Positions 18,549 through 26,385 of a stretch of DNA of 64,000 nt are shown here, one piece after another. Position 1 is the stretch's first letter; each line of letters starts with the position of its first letter. A program made the translations under genes and the position numbers. The notes beneath the pieces are model-generated. The model saw nothing but the letters and a program-made list of their open reading frames with translations. It was not told the origin of the DNA and made no database searches. This stretch comes from a virus (taxonomy: Duplodnaviria; Caudoviricetes), in IMG/VR virus record IMGVR_UViG_3300005937_000010, positions 1 to 64,000 of that record; one strand, given 5' to 3'.

Positions 18549-18674
18549 TCAACGTCCCTTCCTCCTGCGTGTCACAGCCCGCATCCGCATCGCGGCACGC
18601 TGCTTCGGATTGCGGATCTGACGCTTGCGCACAGGGCGCTTGCGGCGAATGCTCCTGGGCCTGCCACGCTTCAC
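18549..18674 (-). CDS. Protamine-like micro-ORF, 41 aa (MKRGRPRSIRRKRPVRKRQIRNPKQRAAMRMRAVTRRRKGR)
   Basis: GTGA overlap with the upstream stop. Confidence 0.6.
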   Translation of the reverse strand: MKRGRPRSIRRKRPVRKRQIRNPKQRAAMRMRAVTRRRKGR

Positions 18675-18787
18675 TTCTTCCTCTTTCTCCGCTTCTTGGC
18701 AATGCGATTGAAGTGGTGCTTGCGCGCCCATGCTGGCCCTTTGACCGCATAGGCCCAACGCTGCTGTCTTCTGCTTCGGGCTGGCAT
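18671..18787 (-). CDS. Basic micro-ORF, 38 aa (MPARSRRQQRWAYAVKGPAWARKHHFNRIAKKRRKRKK)
   Basis: TAATG overlap with the portal stop codon. Confidence 0.65.
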   Translation of the reverse strand: MPARSRRQQRWAYAVKGPAWARKHHFNRIAKKRRKRKK

Positions 18788-20313
18788 TATCTACTCCCCA
18801 CGGCAGCCTTGGCAGCCGACTTGCTGCCCTTGCCGTTGCTCGACGCTTGTGTCGGACTCGCCGGAGCGGGTGCCGGTACCGGAGGCTCGTAGTTCGTCTT
18901 GGCAAGACTCGCCTCCGTCTCCGGGTCGTTCATCTCCGGGAATAGGCTGCCAAGAATCTCGATGGCCGTCTCGTCCGCCATCCAGCGGTGCAGGGTGGCA
19001 ACATCCATCGCCAGCACGACTTGCTGGAGAGCTTGGGCCTTGGCAGCCAGATCGGTAAGCCGGAGCACCGGCCACACGATGCGTACCGTGACCGGAGTCT
19101 TACCGGAGCTTGCCAAGGCCATCTTGCAGAGCATGACGACGAACTCCCCGAAGCCCACGCGCTTGCGAGTGATCTTCTTCTCAAACGGCTGCACGGAAGC
19201 GTCCTTGTCCTGCGCTCCCATCTCCTTGAGGATCGCCCACTTCGGAATCTCCCCGGCGATGCAGATGCAGTCGATCAGGAACTCCAGGAGCGTCTTGGAG
19301 TCGCCAAGCACCGACTTGGCTTCGATGAAGCCAGCCTCCTCCTCCACGTTGAGCAGGTACATCTCGCGGCCGGTCAACTCCACCTTGGCATGCGGCACAA
19401 TCTGCCCGTTCTCGTCCAACGCAGCCGGGAAGTTGTGCTTGAGGAAGGCGTACACGTCCTTGAGCTTGAAGTACGCCTTGGGAGTCGAGTGGTACTTGTG
19501 CGCCGTGAGCGTCTGGAGCAGTACCTCGTGGAACGCCTGGATGAACGGGAGCACCGGCTCGATGTCAGACTGACCGCCTGCCAAGCTCACGTCGTACTCG
19601 TTGTAAGAGGGCCAGAGCGGAACGAACTTCCAGGTGTTCCGCGTCTGCCAGCTTGTCAGTTCGCGGTTCTCGGTCTTGTCATAGAAGCGGTACTCCTGCG
19701 GGGTGATCGTCTCGATGATGTGGTGCTCGCGCATGCGCGGAGCCACGCCCTGGAGTATCTCCTCCTCCGTGCGCTCGTCCATCTCGTACCAGTGGTTGAC
19801 CATCGCCATGATGACAAGCTCTGGATCGGTGGGATCGAACTGCAAGTCCACCGTCTCGGGCGGGATGCACTCGATCTTCCCGTGCATCCGATCCTCCTCC
19901 GTGAACAGCGGGTTCTGGAGGTTCGGCTGCCGGAAGCGCACGATGGCCTTGGAGTCCCTGAGCGTGTCACGCCACACTTGCTGGATCTGCGGTGCCCAGT
20001 GTTGGTGTAGGCACTTGTTCAGCCACGAGTCGTTCGTGCCGTTGTCGCTTGTCACGCTAGGGATCCCCACGTACTCGACCGTTAGGTCGATCAGGGGGCG
20101 CACGAAACCGGCACCGAGGTTGTACGCCGGGTTGTCGTTGCGGTAGAGGCCGCGAGCCACGTCGTACGTGATTTCGGTTCCCGACATCGCCGGACGATGC
20201 ATGAAGTTCCCGCCGTCCCAGGAGTTGCGCAGCGCCGTCCATGAACTGCCAAGCCCGATGCTGCGAGAGATGTCCACAACTTGCTCGCCTATCCAACGGA
20301 GTGGATTACGCAC
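18787..20313 (-). CDS. Portal protein
   Basis: 508 aa after the terminase; portal-like helical pattern (GQSDIEPVLPFIQAFHEVL...HKYHSTPK). Confidence 0.8.
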   Translation of the reverse strand: MRNPLRWIGEQVVDISRSIGLGSSWTALRNSWDGGNFMHRPAMSGTEITYDVARGLYRNDNPAYNLGAGFVRPLIDLTVEYVGIPSVTSDNGTNDSWLNKCLHQHWAPQIQQVWRDTLRDSKAIVRFRQPNLQNPLFTEEDRMHGKIECIPPETVDLQFDPTDPELVIMAMVNHWYEMDERTEEEILQGVAPRMREHHIIETITPQEYRFYDKTENRELTSWQTRNTWKFVPLWPSYNEYDVSLAGGQSDIEPVLPFIQAFHEVLLQTLTAHKYHSTPKAYFKLKDVYAFLKHNFPAALDENGQIVPHAKVELTGREMYLLNVEEEAGFIEAKSVLGDSKTLLEFLIDCICIAGEIPKWAILKEMGAQDKDASVQPFEKKITRKRVGFGEFVVMLCKMALASSGKTPVTVRIVWPVLRLTDLAAKAQALQQVVLAMDVATLHRWMADETAIEILGSLFPEMNDPETEASLAKTNYEPPVPAPAPASPTQASSNGKGSKSAAKAAVGSR

Positions 20314-20917
20314 CGTGAGTCACATCCTTGTCAGTGTGCTCTGCCGTCATCGCAAACAACTCGTCCACGATTTCGGCGGCGCGCGAGACGACTTCGGGCG
20401 GCGCATTCTCTGCCAAGGCTTCGATCAGCCCTGACTTGTCCACAAGCTCTACCTCGTGCTCCTCGCGGATCGTCTGCGCCGACTTGGACTCGCTCTTGTT
20501 CACCTTGGTAAGCCCGATCCGATCCAGGTACTCGCAGATCGCCTGGATTGCAACCTTGTCATCGTCCGTGGTGCGGGCGATTTCCGCGAGCATCTCCATC
20601 ATCTCAAAGCTGTGCGTCTGCCCGAACTTGACGGCCGCATCCACCATGTTCTTGACAAGCTCAGCGGCGCGGGCCTGCATCTCCGGCTCCTGAAACCACT
20701 TCTTGATGATGTCGCGTGACAAGCCGAGAGCGTCCGCGATGTAGATGTACGAGAAGTTGCTCGCCTTGTAGTGACATGCCAACTCGCGCTTCACCTGGCG
20801 GTCGAACGCCGTCAGGGAGCCTTCGGTCGTCAGCTTGCGCTCGCGCTTGGTACCCCTCTTGTAGCGGGCCTTCAACTCGTTGCGGGCCTCCGCTACGGTT
20901 GCAGGCGATTTACGCAT
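20306..20917 (-). CDS. HTH protein, putative terminase small subunit
   Basis: N-terminal HTH (YIYIADALGLSRDIIKKWF) and an AIQAICEYLDRIGL segment typical of TerS. Confidence 0.55.
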   Translation of the reverse strand: MRKSPATVAEARNELKARYKRGTKRERKLTTEGSLTAFDRQVKRELACHYKASNFSYIYIADALGLSRDIIKKWFQEPEMQARAAELVKNMVDAAVKFGQTHSFEMMEMLAEIARTTDDDKVAIQAICEYLDRIGLTKVNKSESKSAQTIREEHEVELVDKSGLIEALAENAPPEVVSRAAEIVDELFAMTAEHTDKDVTHGA

Positions 20918-22694
20918 CCCAGTCTCCTCTCACGGGCACTGCCGTCGCCATAAGCCCACCGGCCGCTGCCAAGACAGCGCCGACATCCTCGGGAACGTAC
21001 AGCGGCGCTTCCTTCATGCTGGCCACGAGCGCGAACATGCCACTGTGGTGCCAGTGGTCGGGCTTCTTCCCCGAATCGCCCTTGGTATTCACCCAGCGAG
21101 CGACCTCGCGCTCAGAGGCGTCTGCCTGCTCCACGCGCACCATCGAGAAGTGGTGTGCGTACCAGGCGTTGTACGGGAGTCTTGGCATCATCTCGCCAAG
21201 CTCAGCGGCGTCGGCGGGAAGCGCCATGTTCCCGTCGAGAAACTGCTTGATGTAGGAGTCGAAGGCCATCGTACGGTCGATGTTCACCTTGGTAGGCTCA
21301 CCGTACTTCGCAGGGATCCAGTTAGCCGTCTCGTGCTGCTCCGGCCTGTCCTTCTCAAAGCCCATCCAGAAGCGCTCCGGGTACTGCTTGCTCAGGAACT
21401 CCACTTGCTCCTTGTCAGGGTGCGCGTCACAGACCGCGACCCAGTTCCCCAGCTTGGTAAGGATTCGGTCGTTCAGGACTTGCCACTTCGTCTGCCCGCC
21501 GCGCCCCGTGATCGTCTCGATCTTCCACAGTCGCAGCTTGGTAGGTGTGCGAGGATCGCGGTTGTAGACGGAGACGAACAGCACGTCGTGGCCCACGTCG
21601 ATCCCGATGAACAGCATCCCGTTGAACGGCCCGCCGAGCAGGTAATCCTGACGACAGCGGTTGAGAAGCTGCACCGTGAACTTGTCACCGGCTGCGGCGT
21701 ACGGGAGGCCGAGAGCCAGGTTGTAGAACGCCTTGAGCTTCTTGGAGTCCAACTGCCCCTTGTACCAGTTCGTGAGAATGCCAAGACTGGGATCCGTGAG
21801 CGTGGCCGTGGGAGAGTTGAACTGGTTGAGATGATAACCCCGCTTGGCAGCCCCAGGGGCATCCGGCACCCACACACCTTTGGCGTTCATGTTCGCGCGA
21901 TCCGCGTCTGTCCAGGAGCGCTTGCAGTGTGAGCACCGGCATGCTTCGTGGCTGTCCTCCAGCTTGTCACCCAGGAAGGAAGCCACGTTCTCCTCAAAGG
22001 TGATGATCTGCTTGGCAGAGCAGAACGGGCACGGCACCCACCAACGCATCTGATCGCACAATCCCCATGCATCGTCGGCGTAGACACCGTGGCCATCGAC
22101 GGTGGGTGTGCTGATTTCGTAGATGCGCTGGATGTGCGAGCCTGACAAGCGCGCCCTGGCGTCATCGAGATTGTCCTCGTTCGCCTTGTCGCGCTCGTCC
22201 AGTACGAGGATGTCGGCCGGAACCTCGCGTAGCTCCGTCTCGATGTTCGTCCCTCGTATGTACCAGTTGACGCCGCGCTTCGTCTGCTTCTGGCTCCTGT
22301 TGTCCGTACGGGAGAACTCTGCCTTTAGCTTGGCATTGGAGTCGATGATCGGGTCGATACGGCCCTGAACGAACTGGATCGAGCCAGCTTTGAGAGGCAG
22401 GAGGTAGAGCACATGCCAGGCGCGCTTGACAACCATGTGCGCGCATTTGGTGATGAAGACGGTTGTGTATCCAAGCTGCGCGCCCTTCGGGCCGATGATG
22501 TGCTTGGACTCGTCACGGAGGATCGCCTGCTCGTACTCACGGCCCCTCAGATCGAAGGCATGACCATCTACGGCCAGCCGTAGGCTGGCTGCCCAAAAGT
22601 CAGGCCACGCCTTGGCGCGCACGGCATCGGCCTGCGCTCGTGTCAAGCGGCGCGGATCCGATGCGGACAGGGTTTGCGAGTCTGCGGCTGCCAA
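20910..22694 (-). CDS. Terminase large subunit, lambda GpA-like
   Basis: KGAQLGYT Walker A variant, ILVLDERD Walker B, ISTPT, a CPFC...CSHC zinc finger, and a nuclease with IGIDVG and DHWHH. Start codon uncertain. Confidence 0.9.
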   Translation of the reverse strand: MAAADSQTLSASDPRRLTRAQADAVRAKAWPDFWAASLRLAVDGHAFDLRGREYEQAILRDESKHIIGPKGAQLGYTTVFITKCAHMVVKRAWHVLYLLPLKAGSIQFVQGRIDPIIDSNAKLKAEFSRTDNRSQKQTKRGVNWYIRGTNIETELREVPADILVLDERDKANEDNLDDARARLSGSHIQRIYEISTPTVDGHGVYADDAWGLCDQMRWWVPCPFCSAKQIITFEENVASFLGDKLEDSHEACRCSHCKRSWTDADRANMNAKGVWVPDAPGAAKRGYHLNQFNSPTATLTDPSLGILTNWYKGQLDSKKLKAFYNLALGLPYAAAGDKFTVQLLNRCRQDYLLGGPFNGMLFIGIDVGHDVLFVSVYNRDPRTPTKLRLWKIETITGRGGQTKWQVLNDRILTKLGNWVAVCDAHPDKEQVEFLSKQYPERFWMGFEKDRPEQHETANWIPAKYGEPTKVNIDRTMAFDSYIKQFLDGNMALPADAAELGEMMPRLPYNAWYAHHFSMVRVEQADASEREVARWVNTKGDSGKKPDHWHHSGMFALVASMKEAPLYVPEDVGAVLAAAGGLMATAVPVRGDWDA

Positions 22695-22768
22695 GATGCT
22701 GAGGTATCTGCGGTAAAGCAGCCACGCAGTCTACGCCAGCGCGACGGTGCCAAGCAAAAGAAGGAAGT

Positions 22769-22792
22769 GAGGGCCGGATCGCTCCGGCCCTC
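22769..22792 (-). terminator. Intrinsic terminator-like hairpin upstream of terL
   Basis: 10-bp stem GAGGGCCGGA-GCGA-TCCGGCCCTC followed by ACTTCCTTCTTTT on the minus strand. Confidence 0.6.
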
Positions 22793-22858
22793 TGCCCGAA
22801 ACACGAACGTGACGAGGCCAGTCCGCGCGAGGCCAATGTAGCAGCCAAAAAACGACTG

Positions 22859-23182
22859 TCAATAACCAGCCAGGCGCTCCAGTTGATCCTCTCTCTGCTT
22901 GGCTGCCAAGACGGCACCGAGCTTCGCTCCGTAAACCGTTTGCTGATTAGTCTCGATCTTGTGTGCGCGACGCTCCGACTGCTTGGCAGCCTCACTGATC
23001 CGCTGCTTGAGCGCCTCCCGGTATCCGGGCACGGACTTGAGCCAGTGAAGCTGCAAAGAGTGAAAAGCTGCCGCCAACTCGGGGTCGTCCTCGATCTTCG
23101 GGTAGTACCATTGCGCCATGCGCTGCTCGTGGCGCTTGCGTTGGTGCGTCAGCGGCATGTGAGTGTGCGCGACCGGCATCAT
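22859..23182 (-). CDS. Hypothetical protein
   Basis: ATGA coupling at 23182; helical. Confidence 0.55.
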   Translation of the reverse strand: MMPVAHTHMPLTHQRKRHEQRMAQWYYPKIEDDPELAAAFHSLQLHWLKSVPGYREALKQRISEAAKQSERRAHKIETNQQTVYGAKLGAVLAAKQREDQLERLAGY

Positions 23183-23487
23183 CCACCCGGAACGATGATT
23201 CCGCCGACGCGGTAGCTTGGCATGTCCTGCACGAGCCGCATCGGCATCTGCGCCCACTCGTCCTCGACGGCCGCGAACGCAGTGAGCGTTTGGTGGTGAT
23301 CGCCGCCGAGAGTGCGGCGAATGCTGCGGTATGCGTCATACGCGCGGAGGAAGTCCATCACCCACGGAGACTCCACGCCCTTGAGGCCGAGGCTCTGCCC
23401 CGACACGTCCTCGACCTCGTAAAGCTCTCCGGCGACAATCACCATCTCCATCCCCGGCGCTACCGATAGCTTGTCAGGCTGTTCCAT
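23179..23487 (-). CDS. Hypothetical protein
   Basis: AAGGAGG RBS before ATG 23487. Confidence 0.6.
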   Translation of the reverse strand: MEQPDKLSVAPGMEMVIVAGELYEVEDVSGQSLGLKGVESPWVMDFLRAYDAYRSIRRTLGGDHHQTLTAFAAVEDEWAQMPMRLVQDMPSYRVGGIIVPGG

Positions 23488-23716
23488 CTTCGATTGCCTC
23501 CTTTCGCACCGGATAGCCACGATTCTCGGAATCCTCGCGCCGGATCAAGCTGACGTGGCCCCAGTACCCTGAGACGGTTTCGGTGACGGTCATCTTGACG
23601 CTCCACCACTTGCGTCCTCGGTGGCGCGAGCAGAAGGCGCGAACCTCCTCCTCCAACTGCTCGATCACGTCCTCGCGCGTCTCTCCGTTCGCCCCTACGT
23701 GCAAGCGCTGGATCAC
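23474..23716 (-). CDS. Hypothetical protein, 80 aa
   Basis: GTGA-coupled start at 23716. Confidence 0.5.
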   Translation of the reverse strand: MIQRLHVGANGETREDVIEQLEEEVRAFCSRHRGRKWWSVKMTVTETVSGYWGHVSLIRREDSENRGYPVRKEAIEDGTA

Positions 23717-23787
23717 TTGCGCCTCGCCCACACCACGTACGCGAGCACGAGAGTGACAAGCAAGACGATGAACAGGGTGGTTGACAC
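23713..23787 (-). CDS. 24-aa single-TM peptide (MSTTLFIVLLVTLVLAYVVWARRK)
   Basis: Fills the gap exactly, coupled at both ends; hydrophobic core with a basic tail. Confidence 0.5.
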   Translation of the reverse strand: MSTTLFIVLLVTLVLAYVVWARRK

Positions 23788-24183
23788 CTAGTTGCGCCTC
23801 GTCATGCTGTTGATACGCCAGATCGACATGCCAAGACGTTCCGCATCGTCCATGCACCCCTTCGTCCCTGTGGACGTGCCATCCCACCCGGCCATCACGA
23901 AGCACTCCGAATCACGAGCCTTCGCCCACTTGAGCATGCGGCGGTTGCGCTTGTGCCCTGCGAATCTGTCGTAGCCGACCCTGATTTCGGGATTGTCGTG
24001 CCACTTGGCCTTGAACCTGAGCCTTGGCAGTCTGAGAAGCCCTGCCTGCTCCCAAACGATTTGGTCGTAGCCCTTGGCATCCCCGACGACGACGATGAAC
24101 GGTCGCTTGAGTCCTTCCATCGCGTCGAAGACGCTGGAGCCGTCCTGCCACCCGCGCGATCCGGTGAAGACGACGATCCTCAT
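23788..24183 (-). CDS. SLOG-family (DUF2493/YspA-like) protein
   Basis: IVVFTGSRGW...VVGDAKGYD...AGHKRNRRML...WDGTSTGT motifs. Confidence 0.7.
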   Translation of the reverse strand: MRIVVFTGSRGWQDGSSVFDAMEGLKRPFIVVVGDAKGYDQIVWEQAGLLRLPRLRFKAKWHDNPEIRVGYDRFAGHKRNRRMLKWAKARDSECFVMAGWDGTSTGTKGCMDDAERLGMSIWRINSMTRRN

Positions 24184-24380
24184 TGCAGGATCATCGAGTC
24201 GGTCTTGACGAACTCGCTGCGGTTGACGACGTATACCAAGTCGTCGGGCGCGTCCGGCTCGATCCAGACCTCAAAGTCGTTCGTCATCTCCCTGAACGTC
24301 GCAAAGACTGCCAAGCCTGCCGCTGCACGCGAAATCGGAGTGCTGGAGACGACGATGTACTTCGACGGCTGGTAGCTCAC
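24180..24380 (-). CDS. Hypothetical protein
   Basis: GAGGAG RBS before GTG 24380; ATGA overlap downstream. Confidence 0.5.
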   Translation of the reverse strand: MSYQPSKYIVVSSTPISRAAAGLAVFATFREMTNDFEVWIEPDAPDDLVYVVNRSEFVKTDSMILQ

Positions 24381-24516
24381 CGCAAGACTCCTCGGAGGGT
24401 CGGGGCGGTGGTGCCCAGGGGGTGGTCGGAGGACAACCACCGCCCCATTGCGTCGTACCGTTCACCTGGCCACTGCGGCGATGGCCAGGCGCTTCGGATT
24501 CTACACCCAGGACGTG

Positions 24517-24804
24517 TCAAAGCAAGCTCTCCAGGATCTTGCCGATCACGTATCCGGTGCAGAGAACGGCCGTTGCCAACGCGAGGATCAGAAGCACGGA
24601 GACGACCTTTCCCGGCCCCTTCTTGGCAGCCCTGCGGGAGCGCAGTTGCTCTCCGGTCAAAAGCGGGATGCTGTAACTCGGAAGTGCCAAGGTTGGTTGC
24701 TCGTCGTAGACGCGCAGAAGAAGCTCCCGGTAATCGCGCTCAGCTTGGCAGAGACGCTCAAACTCATCGACCGGGATGGAGACGTATTCGTCCACCGCAG
24801 TCAT
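24517..24804 (-). CDS. Membrane protein with C-terminal TM helix
   Basis: VVSVLLILALATAVLCTGYVIG. Confidence 0.6.
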   Translation of the reverse strand: MTAVDEYVSIPVDEFERLCQAERDYRELLLRVYDEQPTLALPSYSIPLLTGEQLRSRRAAKKGPGKVVSVLLILALATAVLCTGYVIGKILESLL

Positions 24805-24998
24805 GTTTCCAACTGCGCATGGACGTTCGTGACGACGGCGATCCTCGGCTCAGCGAGGACGAACTCCACGAAGCTGTCCGCGAGCACGCGCCTGACGGCA
24901 TCCTCAAGCTTGTAGGCGACGGTCATCACCGCATCCTCGGCGCAGACGAACTCAATGTCCATCGCCACCTTGGCAGGTACTTTCGCAATCTCTTGCAT
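24801..24998 (-). CDS. Hypothetical protein
   Basis: GGAGG RBS and CCCGAA leader. Confidence 0.6.
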   Translation of the reverse strand: MQEIAKVPAKVAMDIEFVCAEDAVMTVAYKLEDAVRRVLADSFVEFVLAEPRIAVVTNVHAQLET

Positions 24999-25093
24999 CT
25001 TTCCTCCGTTCGGGTGTTTCGGGCTGAGGCGGCGACTGTCAGGGGGTTGCCTGGAACAGCCGCCGCTCGCGGAATCCTACAACGTCGCGGCGA

Positions 25094-25276
25094 TCAGGGC
25101 AAGATCCCGATTGCAGGACGTTTGCGAACTTCCACGTCCATCAGGATCGGAAGCTCGTAGCGGCAGCCCTTTACTTGGCAGTTGTTCCAGACGTAGACGA
25201 CATACTCGTCGTCCTTCGTCCAGACCTCGTGGTACGTCTCCCACTTGTGGATGCCAAGCCTACACCGAATCCTCAT
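25094..25276 (-). CDS. Hypothetical Cys/His protein (CRLGIHKW...C....C)
   Basis: The CxxGxHxW pattern is common in small phage proteins; overlaps the upstream stop. Confidence 0.5.
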   Translation of the reverse strand: MRIRCRLGIHKWETYHEVWTKDDEYVVYVWNNCQVKGCRYELPILMDVEVRKRPAIGILP

Positions 25277-25499
25277 CGTCGTCCTCGTCCTCAAAGTTAG
25301 CGATGCAGTCCGCCTTCTGCGTCGTCGCCGCAAGCTCCAGAAGCGCGTATGCCTCCCAGGTGAGAAGCGTCTCCGTCGTGCGAATGCAGAAACAGGGCAC
25401 GCCATCCTCGTCCAAGCACTTGATGACGGCGACCGCATCCAACGGCGTCCACCCCGGTGGCAAGTCCTTCGTGCTCGTCTTCAATCCAAAGATGCTCAT
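25260..25499 (-). CDS. Hypothetical protein, first gene of the leftward late block
   Basis: 79 aa with an acidic tail. Confidence 0.55.
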   Translation of the reverse strand: MSIFGLKTSTKDLPPGWTPLDAVAVIKCLDEDGVPCFCIRTTETLLTWEAYALLELAATTQKADCIANFEDEDDDEDSV

Positions 25500-26385
25500 G
25501 GCGCGATTCTAAGCGCTTCCGAGCCGTCGGGCGCAACTTCCCTGCATCTGAGGCCAGGTGGCCCAAAAGAGAGCACAGAAGGGCATAGGAGAGCCTCAGT
25601 GCCGCTTTGGGCTACCAAGCTGCTGATTTCCCTGCAAATCACCATTTTCAGGCAGCTTGGTACCCCTGAACCGCTTTTCTACCCAAAAACTTGTCACTTT
25701 GAGGCGTTTCCGGGTGGCCAATCCGCCCCCGCGGCCTCCCCCCTTCGGCGTCGTCAAACTTGGCACTTTCCGATAACGGAGGCTAATGCGCTGCCTGCCA
25801 AGCTGCTTATAGGTTGCGCGCGCAAGTATCGTCTTGGCAGGCAACGTCCGAGGCTGGCTGCCCTGCCGTCCTGCCAAGCCGCTCCGGCTGCCCTGCCTGC
25901 CTGCCACACGAGGCCGCTGCGCCCGGTGCGGTGGAGGCAGGACGGCAGGACGGAGGCTGCGCACACGGCTGCGGTGGCACCGTCCTCGTGGTGTCCTGGA
26001 GGCCACCCGTGCGGAGCGGCACTGGCTGCCTCCGTACGCTCCGGCTCGTGCCACGGATGCCACCGCTCCGGAGCGGATGCGGCGTGGCGTCCTGGAGGCA
26101 GCCGCTATCTCCAGGCAGTGCCTCCGTGGTGGAGCCTGCCAGTGCCAAGCGGAGGCCATGGACGGAGCCGCTCCGTGCCTGGCGCTCCACCGTGTGCGGA
26201 TGCCAAGCCGGAGGCCGTCCGCTCGCGCGTACGCGGAGGACGCTGCCTGCCAAGACACGAAAAGTCCGCAAATAGCGGCTTTTTTCTAAGCTCGCGGAGT
26301 GCCTGCCAAGCCGCATCCTGCCTGGAGCCGTCTACTCTGTCCGTGCGGCCACGAGGCCGCACCACCCGAACCGATTGGAGACACC
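25500..26385. promoter_or_regulatory. Divergent intergenic region (candidate control region / genome end)
   Basis: Strand switch point; AT-richer patch at 25620-25790; short direct repeats (GGCTGCCCTGCC x2); hairpin at 26343-26362; many TGCCAAG copies. Confidence 0.5.
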
